DNA from: Myxococcota bacterium
GTDB taxonomy: Bacteria > Myxococcota_A > UBA9160 > SZUA-336
Direction: 5' to 3'
Assembly (NCBI GenBank): GCA_965247115.1
Contig: CBDFGR010000003.1
Location: 736,001-800,000, forward strand
Length of the DNA stretch: 64,000 nt
This document shows, piece by piece, positions 19,450 through 29,758 of the stretch. Position 1 is the first letter of the stretch. Each line of letters begins with the position of its first letter. A program made the position numbers and the translations under genes. The notes under the pieces were generated by a model. It worked only from the letters and a program-made list of their open reading frames with translations. It was not told where the DNA came from and did no database searches.

Positions 19450-21039
19450 TCAGTAGTCGATCTGAAAGCGCATCTGGAACAGGTTCGAGGTCACGCTGTT
19501 CCTCAGGTGCGCGCGCACAAAGTTCGCCATGAGGCGGACGCGCGGGGACACGTACCAGTTCAGTCCCAGAGTGACGTCGTTCAGGTTTCCACCGCGGATG
19601 TTCCCGTCGTCCAGATCGAGGTACGAGAGGCGCGCCGCGACCTCCCAGGCCCCCCAGGTTCGGCTCTTCCAGCTGAAGCGCGTCCGGAGGCGCACTCGGC
19701 CGAACGTCGCTCTGCTTCGGGCGTAGGGTCGCTGCTCTCCGGTCAGGAAGTAGCTGATCTGCAGGTAGGCTCCGGAGAACGTCGCCGCACCTCCCCTACC
19801 GGCGAGCCGGCTACGAGATCCGACGAATTCGGACTGGAATGAGAGCGGACCTCGTTTGCCCGCGAGCTCCAGCGCCAGGAGGTCGACCCCATCCACAGGG
19901 AACTTCCCAGTGTCGACGAAACGATCCCCCAGGCTGGTCTCCGGGCGGCTCCGGTACCGCAGGCTGAAGGCATCGCGAAACTGGTGGCTGTACGAGGCTC
20001 CCACATGGAGGAGAACACGGTCATTGTCAGCGGCAAACGGAAGGGCCGTCACGCGCGCGGAGAGATTGAGTCGATCGCTGCCCGCGCCGTCTCCCGAGTA
20101 GCGGAAGGCACCGAAGCGCCAGGTAACGGCCTCGTCTTGCGTCTCGTTCCTCAGCATGATCCCGAGGTTGTAGGACGGGACAAGCGCCTGGGGCAGTGCC
20201 CTCTCCATGAAGGTAGTCACCAGACTGCCCGTGCCGTCCCCGATAGTGAAGGGCTCCTTGAAGATGCCCACAAACACACCGCGCAACGAACCGGGAGCCG
20301 TGTAGGCAACATAGGTCTGCCGGAAGTAACGGTTTCGTCCCTCGCCCCGGTCGGACTCACCCTCCATGTCGATCTGCACCCTGTAGAGGATCCGACCTCC
20401 GTAGGTCCCGGTGAGCTCGGTCCAGCCCCTGCGCAGCTCGTTGAAGAAACCGGTCTTGAACTGTTGGGCGAGCTCGCTGCCGCCATGGATCCAGGCCGTG
20501 TCGTACATCACCCGGCCGCCGAGCTTGATTCGATAGAGAAGATCGTTTCTCTGGATTCGGATGCCGCGATCAAAGGTCACGGTGCGCGCGGTCGGGTCGA
20601 CGGCTTCTGCCGGGGCGGGCGCCCCCTCCCGCTCGCGATCAGGCTCGGGGTCCGTCGGAGCTACCGGCCTCGCAGCCGAGGGCGCTTTGGGAGGCTCAGC
20701 GGGCTCGGCCCTCCGGACGGGCTCAGGTGACCCAACAGGCTCGTCCTCCTTCATGGATGGCGGCGGAGGCTCCTCCACCTCGACGGCCTCCTCCGTGACA
20801 TCGCGGAACGTCTCCTCGCTGTGTACCTCGGTAGGCTCGGTCGGGGCGACCTCGCCGGGTGCTGGCTCGGCTTCCAGCTTCGGCGCTGGCTCAGCCGGCG
20901 CGAGCTCGGAGTGCTGGGCTTCTGTCTCGGGCGGAGCGGTGGGGTCCTGAGCCGCACCGTTGCTCGCGAGGAGCACCACCGCAGAGCTCAGGACCACGAG
21001 CCGGAGGAACCATGCGCTCCCCTGCTCCCGACGCCTCAC
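19450..21039 (-). CDS. OprO/OprP family porin with Pro/Glu-rich N-terminal extension
   Basis: FMERAL, YRSRPE, YFLTGEQRPY, GAWEVAARLS, TLGLNWY, C-terminal QIDY. Confidence 0.9.
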   Translation of the reverse strand: MRRREQGSAWFLRLVVLSSAVVLLASNGAAQDPTAPPETEAQHSELAPAEPAPKLEAEPAPGEVAPTEPTEVHSEETFRDVTEEAVEVEEPPPPSMKEDEPVGSPEPVRRAEPAEPPKAPSAARPVAPTDPEPDREREGAPAPAEAVDPTARTVTFDRGIRIQRNDLLYRIKLGGRVMYDTAWIHGGSELAQQFKTGFFNELRRGWTELTGTYGGRILYRVQIDMEGESDRGEGRNRYFRQTYVAYTAPGSLRGVFVGIFKEPFTIGDGTGSLVTTFMERALPQALVPSYNLGIMLRNETQDEAVTWRFGAFRYSGDGAGSDRLNLSARVTALPFAADNDRVLLHVGASYSHQFRDAFSLRYRSRPETSLGDRFVDTGKFPVDGVDLLALELAGKRGPLSFQSEFVGSRSRLAGRGGAATFSGAYLQISYFLTGEQRPYARSRATFGRVRLRTRFSWKSRTWGAWEVAARLSYLDLDDGNIRGGNLNDVTLGLNWYVSPRVRLMANFVRAHLRNSVTSNLFQMRFQIDY

Positions 21040-21164
21040 GCGCGCTGACCTCCGGAGCCAATCATGTCAGTACTCTGGTCAGTTCGCCAACCTCACGAGC
21101 AGAGAGAGCGATGGGCCCGCTACAATGACGTGGGCGTGTACGGCAAAGATGAGGAGAAGATTCG

Positions 21165-21788
21165 ATGGCCAGTGCAGATCGTCACACAATCCACACGACA
21201 GAAGAGCTTCACGAGCTTGTCGGCGAGCCGGACGAACTCACTCGTCTCAAGGTCTTCAACGAGCTCGAGGATACGGCGCGAAACTTCATCGGGCGATCAC
21301 CGTTCCTCTTGCTCTCGACCTCCGACTCCGTCGGAAACCAGGACGTCTCTCCGAAGGGAGACCCGCCGGGCTTCGTCGAGATCGAGAACGACAGGACGCT
21401 CTTGATCCCGGATCGACCCGGGAACAAGCTCCTGTTCGGGCTCGCGAACATCCTGTCGAACTCCCACGTCGGAATCCTGTTCATGATACCTGGCACCGGC
21501 GAGACTCTGAGGGTGAACGGGCGAGCGGAGATCACACGCGATCCCGAGCTAATGCAGCGACTGCTGGCCCGAGGCAAGCCGGCCCGACTCGCCATCCGCG
21601 TCTTCATCGACGAGTGGTTCTTCCACTGCCCAAAGGCCTTCATGCGTTCCAAGCTCTGGGAGGCTTCCAGCTGGCCGGAGCGCCAGCGCATCTCGTTCGG
21701 GAAGCTGTTCGCGAAGAAGCTCGACAAGGGCAAGGACTTCGCGGACCGAATCGACGCCGGCCTGGAGGAGCGGCGACAGGAGCTGTGA
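21165..21788 (+). CDS. Pyridoxamine 5'-phosphate oxidase family FMN-binding protein
   Basis: DVSPKGDPPGF, PDRPGN, ETLRVNGRA, FHCPKAFMRS. Confidence 0.9.
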   Translation: MASADRHTIHTTEELHELVGEPDELTRLKVFNELEDTARNFIGRSPFLLLSTSDSVGNQDVSPKGDPPGFVEIENDRTLLIPDRPGNKLLFGLANILSNSHVGILFMIPGTGETLRVNGRAEITRDPELMQRLLARGKPARLAIRVFIDEWFFHCPKAFMRSKLWEASSWPERQRISFGKLFAKKLDKGKDFADRIDAGLEERRQEL

Positions 21789-22976
21789 CCCCACCGCCTC
21801 TGACTCAGGTCGGTTCTCATGTCCCGATGCAACGATCGGTGGGAGCGGCGGGACGGGACTTCGGCGGCCCCTCGTATCCAGGACGCTGAAACGTCCATCG
21901 ACGATCTCCAGGGCCTGCTCGACGCCGCCGGGATAGAACGGGGCGTTGAGCATCCCGCTGTCGATCAGGAACACACTGCCGCCGGTCCGGCTGCGGATCC
22001 CTCCGGAGAGCTGCGGTGTGTGTCCAATCACAAAGTGACTGGCACCGTAGGACGCGAGCAGCGCGGGAATCTGCTTCTCCGCTTCTACGTCGGGCCATAG
22101 GGCCAGGCCCCGGAACCAGAGCGGTCCGTTGGGATGTGACACGAGCCAGCTCGCGTACGCCGCCAACAGGTCGAGGTGCCTGCGATCCTGCGCGCTGATC
22201 CTGACGTCGGAGTTGAGCTCGGCGCGCGCCGCGGCCAGGATCTGATCCAGGTTGGCGGATGGCAGGATCATGCGACGACGCACGAGGTAGTCGCGGGCAG
22301 CGTCGAATACCTGAAGCTCTCTCTTGATCTGATCGTTGAGCTGCTTCAAGCCACGAACAGGCAAGTCTGGGGAGATTCCGCCGTGCAGGAAAACCACGCT
22401 GCCGAGCTGGACGACCGCCTGACGCCTCCGCAGCCAGGCGCCAATCGCTCCGCTGGGTGCAAAGGCGTTGGCGTGCTCCAGGTAGCCCTTCGGGTGTTCC
22501 TCGTCGAAGCGCTGGCGAGACACGACCGAGGCCGTCTCGCCCTGCCAGCCGAGCTTCGCCTGTTCGGCATAGGCCGCATCCACGCGTTCCTGCCAGTCGT
22601 CGTCCGCGAAACTCGCGAACGATTCGCGCGATACGTAGCGAAGATCTCCGTGCAGGTTCATCACCTCGTGGTTCCCCAGGAGGGAAATCACACGGCCGCC
22701 GCTGCGATCGGCCTCCTGCTCGAGTCGCATGATCAGCTCGAGGACCATGCGATCGTCGGAACCGCGATCGATCAGGTCACCCACCTGCACCAGCGTGGCC
22801 GTACCTCCAATCCAGTGCCCGGAGGCGTCTGAAATGCCGGCGCCCTCGAGCACCCTGAGCAGGGCGTCGTAGCCACCGTGGACGTCTCCGATCGCGACCA
22901 CGCGCGATGACTCCAGCGGCGTTGCGGCACATGCACCAACCGAGAGCGTCACCCCGAGCAAGGAGAGTGTCAGCAT
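21549..22976 (-). CDS. Calcineurin-like metallophosphoesterase, secreted/lipoprotein
   Basis: GDVHG, GDLIDRG, GNHE, HGG, GHT; last ~240 bp overlap the convergent gene, so the 3' end is suspect. Confidence 0.85.
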   Translation of the reverse strand: MLTLSLLGVTLSVGACAATPLESSRVVAIGDVHGGYDALLRVLEGAGISDASGHWIGGTATLVQVGDLIDRGSDDRMVLELIMRLEQEADRSGGRVISLLGNHEVMNLHGDLRYVSRESFASFADDDWQERVDAAYAEQAKLGWQGETASVVSRQRFDEEHPKGYLEHANAFAPSGAIGAWLRRRQAVVQLGSVVFLHGGISPDLPVRGLKQLNDQIKRELQVFDAARDYLVRRRMILPSANLDQILAAARAELNSDVRISAQDRRHLDLLAAYASWLVSHPNGPLWFRGLALWPDVEAEKQIPALLASYGASHFVIGHTPQLSGGIRSRTGGSVFLIDSGMLNAPFYPGGVEQALEIVDGRFSVLDTRGRRSPVPPLPPIVASGHENRPESEAVGSQLLSPLLQAGVDSVREVLALVELLREQLPERDALALRPAGSLPELGTHEGLWAVEEPLVDEDADGESGRLASGQQSLH

Positions 22977-23056
22977 GAGTCGACGCGCTGAGCACGCGAG
23001 AGGTTTGTTCAATCTGAGCCTCTTTCTCGGATCCGTCGCGATGTAGAATCGCACAA

Positions 23057-24184
23057 ATGCGAGGGAGCTTGCGCAGGCCGTCCGCCGTGGTCTTGGGACT
23101 GGCATTCGGGACGCTGCTCGCCTGTGCACCCAGCACCGAACCCCGCTCCCAAGAACCCATGCCAGCACCGGTTGCCCCACCGCAGCCCCCGGCACGTTCC
23201 GAGCGCCCCGCTTTGTCTGCCGTGTTCGAGAGCGAGCGGACGCTCCGGCTCGAGCTCGAGGCCCCGCTCGCGTCAGTGTGACGCCAGCGGCGGGGCGAGC
23301 GGAGCTATCTACCGGCAAGGCTCATCTACGAGAACGAGGAAGGCCGGCCCGTTGCCGTCAATACGGCGGTCAGACTGCGGGGCAAGTCCAGGGCGACCAG
23401 TGGAGATTGCAGCTTCCCGCTGCTGGACCTGCGCTTCTCCCCCGAAGTGAGCGCGAAGACCATCTTCGCAGATCTGCCGCTCCTCAGGATGATCACCCAC
23501 TGCCGCGCTTCTACTGCGTCCCAGCAGCACGTTCTGCTGGAGTATCTCGCGTTCAGGAGCTTCGTCGTGCTCACGGGTCTGAGCTATCGCGTACGGTTGG
23601 CGCGCGTACGCTACACGGACTCCGAGCGCGAGAGGGACCCACTCACACGCTACGCGTTCTTCACCGAGCCGGAAGGAGAGATGGCCGCACGCAACGGCTG
23701 GGAGACCCTCTCGCTGCGAGGAGTATCTCGCTCGCAGCTCGAGCTCAACCAGCTGAGCCTCGTCGAAGTCTTCCAGTACATGATCGGAAACACGGATTGG
23801 TCTGCCATTGGCGCGCCGTCCGACGAGCACTGCTGCCACAACATGCAGCTGATCGGCGGTCCCGGGTTCGCCGTCATCCCGGTGCCCTACGACTTCGACC
23901 AGACGGGTCTCGTCGACCCGCCCTACGCGACGCCCACCCCGGCTCTCGGCATTACCAGCGTCCGCACGAGGGTCTATCGGGGCATCTGCAAGCATCCGGG
24001 GTACATGGATCGGACACTCGACGTTTTCCTGGCGAAGAGAGCCGCTCTCTACGCGCTATACCGGCAGCAAGAGGGGCTCGAGGAAAGACGGCGGAACAAG
24101 GCGATCGACTACCTCGATGCGTTCTACGAGACGCTTGACGATCCGGACCAGGTGCGGCGAAAGCTCAGCGAGCAGTGTCGCTGA
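23057..24184 (+). pseudogene. CotH-kinase-like lipoprotein interrupted by an in-frame TGA at 23279-23281
   Basis: ORFs 23057-23281 and 23447-24184 share a frame; the intervening codons are open (RLRGKSR...CSFP); FQYMIGNTDWS, HN, PYDFD. Confidence 0.75.
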
Positions 24185-24766
24185 TCACTGCGCCGCGGTA
24201 TTGCTGTACGGGAAGGGGTCGAGGATCGCACCCACCGCCTCGTTGATGGTGGCCTCGCGCTTCGCCTGGTCCGTCTGTGAGCTCAGGCGTTTCGAGGCCC
24301 AGCCGTGCCAGACCGCCTGCTTGGAAGCAACGTCGAAGAAGTCGATCGCGAGGGTCCCCTCCGTGTAGCTCCGGGCGGTGGTCTGCATCCCCCCACCCCA
24401 GGCGCCGTAGCGTCCGGAGCGATAGCCACCGGCAGGGGAGGAATCGATCTGGATCTTGTCTTGCGTTCCGATCGAGAACGAGACCACGAGACTTGCCGAC
24501 TGCGGGTTCGCGGCCATGCGATAGCCCTTCGCGAAAAGCTCCCGCTCTACGGCCCGACGCAGCGTGGACTCCATCACGCCACTGATCCTGGGATTCCGGC
24601 CCGAGGCTACACCCGGGGTCGGGCGGAGCAGTGGGTCGGACGTGATCCAGGCAAAGCTCGAGTAGGAGGCGAAGGGAGCACCGCGGTCGAACTCGTGGTG
24701 TCCCTGGATGGTCGTCTGACAACCAGCGAGAGCGAGAGCTGCCACCACAAGAATGAGGTGTTTCAT
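24185..24766 (-). CDS. DUF4136 family lipoprotein
   Basis: Lipobox LAGC, YTEGTLAIDFFD...VWHGWA; GGAG RBS. Confidence 0.85.
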   Translation of the reverse strand: MKHLILVVAALALAGCQTTIQGHHEFDRGAPFASYSSFAWITSDPLLRPTPGVASGRNPRISGVMESTLRRAVERELFAKGYRMAANPQSASLVVSFSIGTQDKIQIDSSPAGGYRSGRYGAWGGGMQTTARSYTEGTLAIDFFDVASKQAVWHGWASKRLSSQTDQAKREATINEAVGAILDPFPYSNTAAQ

Positions 24767-24909
24767 GTCCATCTCCAAGAAGGAATATGGATCCCATTCT
24801 CCGGGGAACAGGTTGACGGCGTCAAGCCGAGCATCCGCGCTGCTCCACTCGCCGGTCGCGAACTCGCTGCGAGCATGAGATACTCGATCCACTACCGGAG
24901 GAGAGCTAC

Positions 24910-25599
24910 GTGCGTACGTTCTGCATCGCCGCAATCGTCCTGCTGGTCGCTGCGTGTGCAACACCCCCGCCTAAGCCGGCTGCCCCCGAGGCTCCGCCTC
25001 CCCGCGAGCTCGTCGAGTTCGAATTCCACGGCGTGGTGGAAACGGTGGATTCTTCAAGTGCGCCGATGCGGGCGGCCATCGCTCCGGGCGACGAGATCGT
25101 GGGAGCCTTTCGCTGGTCCCGCGACACCCGCGCGATCGTGGGGGGCTCGCCAGAGCTCACCGTCTACCTGGTCAGCGGCGAGGACGTGGGACAGGAGCTC
25201 CGGATCGGCAACCTCGAGCTGTGCTCGTACGCGCAGAGGCCGAGCTCGACCGCTACCGTGCGGCGCAACGACCCTGAGGATGGCGATCGGCTGATCGTGG
25301 CGCAGGACTGCGTCCAGCCACCTGAGATCGATGCGGGCTCGAACTACGTCGAAGGCATCATCGCACTCGAGTTCACCAGCCCCACGCCGGGCACATCGCT
25401 CGACTTGCTTGCCGGTGAGCTCAGCTTCGATCAGCTCGAGTCGGCAGAGGTCACGATCGCCGCCTACCCCACCGAACGCGCCGTGCCCAGCGTCCCGCTC
25501 ATCTCGTTGCGCACAGAGAAGGAGCTTTACCGGATCCGCGGGCGCCTCGACTCGCTGACCAGGGTTGGCGCGCCACCCGTCAGCGCGCCCGGACCGTGA
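24910..25599 (+). CDS. Hypothetical lipoprotein
   Basis: Signal peptide with lipobox VAAC, host-like codon usage. Confidence 0.65.
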   Translation: MRTFCIAAIVLLVAACATPPPKPAAPEAPPPRELVEFEFHGVVETVDSSSAPMRAAIAPGDEIVGAFRWSRDTRAIVGGSPELTVYLVSGEDVGQELRIGNLELCSYAQRPSSTATVRRNDPEDGDRLIVAQDCVQPPEIDAGSNYVEGIIALEFTSPTPGTSLDLLAGELSFDQLESAEVTIAAYPTERAVPSVPLISLRTEKELYRIRGRLDSLTRVGAPPVSAPGP

Positions 25600-25655
25600 T
25601 CGGCGCTTCGGCGGCGGCTGCTCCCACGAGCGTCTAGAATACGGGCTTCGAGCAG

Positions 25656-26660
25656 TTGGCAAGCTTCGGGATAGCCATGCGATTCGTCGAGGGTCTCCTC
25701 CAACCCACCCAGCGCGCAGGAAAGCTCGCCCGCGCCGCGGGCATGCTCGTCTGCCTGGCCATCCTGGGCCCCGGCCCCGGCCTCGCCGACGACGTCGACG
25801 AAGACACCCAGCTGCAGGGCGTGCAGCCGTCGGAGGGCAGCCCGGTGCTGACCGACCCAGCGACGCTGTGGGACATGGAGGACGCCGAGCTACAGGTCGA
25901 GCTCGAGGCGGCGCTGGAGCGCCTTGGCCTCACGCGGGCCGCACGCAAGGGCCAGCTCTGCGTCGCCCTCGTCGACATCAACCAGCGGGAGCGGCCGAGG
26001 GTGGCCGCCGTCAACGGCGACACCATGATGTACGCGGCCAGCTTGCCAAAGATCGCAGTCTTGCTGGCGGCGTTCGAGCAGGTCGCACAGGGCGAGCTGG
26101 CCCTCGACAGCGGTACCCAGACCTCGCTCGAGCAGATGATCCGCCGCTCATCGAACAGCGCCGCCACGCAGATCATCCATCTCGTGGGCAAGGAGAACAT
26201 CGCCAGGATCCTCTCTTCGCCGCGCTACCGCCTCTACGACCCGGAGCACAACGGAGGACTCTGGGTCGGCAAGGACTACGCCAAGGGCGGTCTCTGGCGA
26301 CGCGACCCGCTCGCCAACCTGTCGCACGGTGCTACGGCCATGCAGGTCGCCCGCTTTTACTACTTGTTGGAGACCGGCCAGCTCGTGAGCCCGGAACACA
26401 GCGAGAATATGAAGGCGATCCTGGCCAACACACAGCTGCGACACAAGTTCGCCAGGGCGCTGCTCGAGGTCGACCCGGATGCCACTCTGTACCGCAAGTC
26501 CGGGTCCTGGCGCACCTACCACTCCGACAGCGCGCTCGTGGAAGACGTCGACCGCACCTACATTGCCGTGGCACTCATCAACCACCCTGACGGCGGCAAG
26601 TGGCTGATCGAGATCGCCAAGGCACTCGACGCGATCATGATGCGGCGAACGCTGGGCTAA
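25656..26660 (+). CDS. Class A beta-lactamase-related serine hydrolase
   Basis: AASLPK (SxxK), SSN (SxN), KSG; start uncertain. Confidence 0.88.
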   Translation: MASFGIAMRFVEGLLQPTQRAGKLARAAGMLVCLAILGPGPGLADDVDEDTQLQGVQPSEGSPVLTDPATLWDMEDAELQVELEAALERLGLTRAARKGQLCVALVDINQRERPRVAAVNGDTMMYAASLPKIAVLLAAFEQVAQGELALDSGTQTSLEQMIRRSSNSAATQIIHLVGKENIARILSSPRYRLYDPEHNGGLWVGKDYAKGGLWRRDPLANLSHGATAMQVARFYYLLETGQLVSPEHSENMKAILANTQLRHKFARALLEVDPDATLYRKSGSWRTYHSDSALVEDVDRTYIAVALINHPDGGKWLIEIAKALDAIMMRRTLG

Positions 26661-26667
26661 CGGCGAG

Positions 26668-26985
26668 CTAATCAGCCCCGGGGCCACTCGGGGCCCCGAC
26701 CGCGCTCGGGGCCGTCAGGGGGTGCTGCGACCGGACGATCTGGTGGATGCGCGCCGCCAGCGCGCGGTGCTCATGAACCGAGTTCTTGCGTAGCACGTTC
26801 GAGAGCACCGCCACCAGGTAGTGGAGCTCCCGGCCGTTCTCCTCGGTCTCGATGATCGCCACGGAGTTCATGAAGTTCAAGCGGTTCCCAGCGTTCCGCT
26901 GACACGTGAAGCCCGGCTCTGGCCGGCACGAGTAGAGCGAACCGGATTTGAAGAAGACCGCCGCGTTGTGGAGAGCGGGGGAGGA
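26668..26985 (-). pseudogene. 3' fragment of a second serine-hydrolase-type gene
   Basis: Open frame SSPALHNAAVFFKSGSLYSC...NFMNSVAIIE; no start codon, joined to the PpiC fragment. Confidence 0.65.
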
Positions 26986-27326
26986 TCTCTCTCGACCAGC
27001 CCATCGTACAGGAACTCCATCTTCTGGCGCATGCGCCGGCGTACCACGAGGTCGTCGCGGTCAAGGCCCAGGGCCAGCGCCTCGCGGTAGAGCACCTCTT
27101 CGGTCACGTAGTCGTCGATCAGGCCCTGGAGTTCGGACTCCGTCGGGGATCGCATCCAGGTGCGCTCGAAGGACCTGCCGAGCATGTCGACGCGCTGCTC
27201 GCTCACGACGATCCGGCCCGGGCGCTCGGATTCGGGTCCGGCCACCCAGCCGTACACGAGGAAGAGGACCGCACCGCCCAGCAGGAAGTGGACGAGCGGC
27301 TCTCGAAGCAGACCCCTCACCCTCAC
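26983..27326 (-). pseudogene. 5' fragment of PpiC-type peptidylprolyl isomerase
   Basis: LREPLVHFLLGG, EEVLYREALALGLDRDD.VVRRRMRQKMEFL; similarity ends at about 26985. Confidence 0.8.
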
Positions 27327-29227
27327 CTCCTGGGCGAATACCAGATCGGTGAAGTATATGCGCGGTCCTGAACAGTCATCCTTACCGCTTCTTGCATCTC
27401 GATGCCGAAGCGCTTTGCATCGTAAGCGGTCCATCGCGGAGTTGGGATCTCGATCACCCGAACGTAGTAGAAGGCGCGCTCAGCGGCATCGAATTCCGGA
27501 TCTCTCCAGTAGGCCATCAGGAGGGCATCGCCGATGGAGTTCGTGTAGTCGGCGTTGGCCACATCAACAGTACTTCCAACCGGTGCCTTGCAGCGGCCAT
27601 CGGCGCCGATGACACGCCCGTCGGAAACCGCAACATCATAAACGCGCTCGCGTGTTCGCCCCCTGGCGTCCAGCCAGCCCTTGATGATCTGGATGCGGTC
27701 GAGGTTGGCGCCGTCGGGATCGCGCAGCGCACGTACCATAAAGGCCGGTCCCTTACCCGCGGGGGGCTGGCGAAGGTCGCCGCCCATGGGTACCCCGCGT
27801 TTGTAGCCCTGCTCAGCAAAATCCGGGCGTTCTACTTCATCTGCCTCGAAATTCCATCCGGCAAATACGCGTACAGTGATGCGGCTGCCGGTAGTGGCGT
27901 AAACTTCCTTACGAGCCATGGCATCAAACAAGGATTCTCGAGTGTTTTCGTCCGCCCAAACACCGGTGAGACCGGAAGCGCTTGTCTCCCATGAAGAGAC
28001 TGCGGGTGTTCCGTCCGCTTTTATCACCATGGCTTCCTGGGTACGCTCTGGACCCGGTAGCAGGTTGGGCAGTTTTCCAAAATAGTTTTCTTCTCTGGTT
28101 GTTGACAGGCTGACGTGGCTGTCGGTGCCTCCGACCATGCCGAACTTGAAAGGATTGACCCCCAGCCTGTCCTGATGTTTCAATCCCCATCGAAGAACGG
28201 AGCGAGCGTATTCAAACTGCAGCATGTTGTCCTGCTTCGGCGTCATTGGCGAACCGGCGTTTCCGAAATCCCAGGTCTCAAAATCTGCAAACTCATCCTC
28301 GGTGGATATGAACGGATGAGCCTCGCCATCTCCCTTCGCTTGCGTGACTTCAAGCAAGGGTTCCCACAAAGCACGCTTCTCGGCATATCCCCGAGTAAGT
28401 CGTCTGCCGTTGCTCATGGTCTCTGCAAACATCACACCGTTGCTGATGTTGGCGTTGTGGGGAATCGCCAGTACCTGCCCACCAGTCTTTTCTTCGTAGC
28501 TGGCCAAAAACTCCCAGAGTCGCTCAGGCTCGTCGCTATCAAATGCCGAGAATGGAACAATTTGCTTTACGCGCTCCGGCCCGTCACGAAAAATCACAAC
28601 GCGGTGCAGGTTGTTGCCGGTAGGAGCGGATGTCCACTCGTAGCCATTGATAGCAGTGAATGTCCCCGGCTCATTGTACTTGGAAGCAATATCCACCACG
28701 CTTTCCCAAACACTCCGAGTGACTTTGGGATCTTCGAAGCGTGGCTTCCCTATGTCGAAGTCCTTCATCATGCTGACGACAAACAGCCAGGCTTTTTCCC
28801 CACCGGCGGCGTAACCTTCGACCATCTCCCTTCCGCCTTGGGTGGCCATCAGACGGGGATCGGCACTGGTTATCAAATCAGTAAACCCAAGGTATGCGGC
28901 GTGATCGGAGACCACCAGAAAGTCCAGCGGTCGAATCAGCTTGGCTCTCACTTCATTGGTCGCAACGACCTCCTCGCCTCGGGCGAATCGGAACGACTCC
29001 TCCGGCCCAAGTGTGTTTCCGAACATGCCGGAGTCGAAGGAATAGGACGAGTGGTGGTGTGTATCCCCCAAGTACACCCGTTGCGGGAAATGCCGTTCGA
29101 CGTAGGGTGAATATGCCGGTTTTCTCTCCCGCCTCTGTTCTTGCTGGGGCGTCCACTCCTGAGCCATCACGGAATTGGGCGCGATGAAAATGAGCCATAT
29201 AGCAGCGGCTATCGATCTAGGTTTCAC
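27323..29227 (-). CDS. DUF3604 domain protein (PHP-like)
   Basis: GDTHHHSSYSFD, SDHA, NNLHRVV, IPHN, GTDSH, RAYTSPIWY; visibly lower GC than the flanks. Confidence 0.9.
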   Translation of the reverse strand: MKPRSIAAAIWLIFIAPNSVMAQEWTPQQEQRRERKPAYSPYVERHFPQRVYLGDTHHHSSYSFDSGMFGNTLGPEESFRFARGEEVVATNEVRAKLIRPLDFLVVSDHAAYLGFTDLITSADPRLMATQGGREMVEGYAAGGEKAWLFVVSMMKDFDIGKPRFEDPKVTRSVWESVVDIASKYNEPGTFTAINGYEWTSAPTGNNLHRVVIFRDGPERVKQIVPFSAFDSDEPERLWEFLASYEEKTGGQVLAIPHNANISNGVMFAETMSNGRRLTRGYAEKRALWEPLLEVTQAKGDGEAHPFISTEDEFADFETWDFGNAGSPMTPKQDNMLQFEYARSVLRWGLKHQDRLGVNPFKFGMVGGTDSHVSLSTTREENYFGKLPNLLPGPERTQEAMVIKADGTPAVSSWETSASGLTGVWADENTRESLFDAMARKEVYATTGSRITVRVFAGWNFEADEVERPDFAEQGYKRGVPMGGDLRQPPAGKGPAFMVRALRDPDGANLDRIQIIKGWLDARGRTRERVYDVAVSDGRVIGADGRCKAPVGSTVDVANADYTNSIGDALLMAYWRDPEFDAAERAFYYVRVIEIPTPRWTAYDAKRFGIEMQEAVRMTVQDRAYTSPIWYSPRR

Positions 29228-29434
29228 ACTTTCCTCCGTATCAATAAGAGATATGCGGGCAATTCAGCTGCGAGATGGCCTGGGCCCCTACGATCGAGCA
29301 CGAGAGACTGACTTCTGTAACGGTGGAAGGCGGTCTTCGGCTACGCCCTACTCGACCCCGAGCTGCAGCGGGTTTGAGCCGGATGTCCGTCTCGATGGCC
29401 TCACGATCGGATTCGAGCAGCGCTTCTGAGTGAC

Positions 29435-29758
29435 TTACGGCCACAGGCCACACTTTTGCTTGATCTCTACGATCTTAGAGTCGAGGTCCTCATTGTAGTT
29501 TCCGCTCACGACGCGGGCCCGATTGCCGTAATCGCCGCCAAGAATACCCACTACGGCCGCAACCGGAACGATCATCCGTACCCCCGAAGCCACCTGCTTC
29601 CCAACAGACGCCTTCTCAGCCTCAAGTGTTGCGATATCGTTCTCAGCCGTTTCGCAGTTGACAGGTTCAGCGAGATCCGCCTTCGCTTCATCCGAGATCG
29701 TACGACACCCTGCGACGAGACCAAGACAGAGCACAAACGGAAACAGCACCTTTGACAC
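29435..29758 (-). CDS. Small hypothetical lipoprotein
   Basis: GTG start after AAGGAG RBS; lipobox VAGC. Confidence 0.7.
   Translation of the reverse strand: MSKVLFPFVLCLGLVAGCRTISDEAKADLAEPVNCETAENDIATLEAEKASVGKQVASGVRMIVPVAAVVGILGGDYGNRARVVSGNYNEDLDSKIVEIKQKCGLWP

Noticed and set aside
23279..23330. Selenocysteine recoding of the in-frame TGA
   Set aside because: Context is not a redox Cys motif and only a weak 4-bp hairpin follows; no convincing SECIS.
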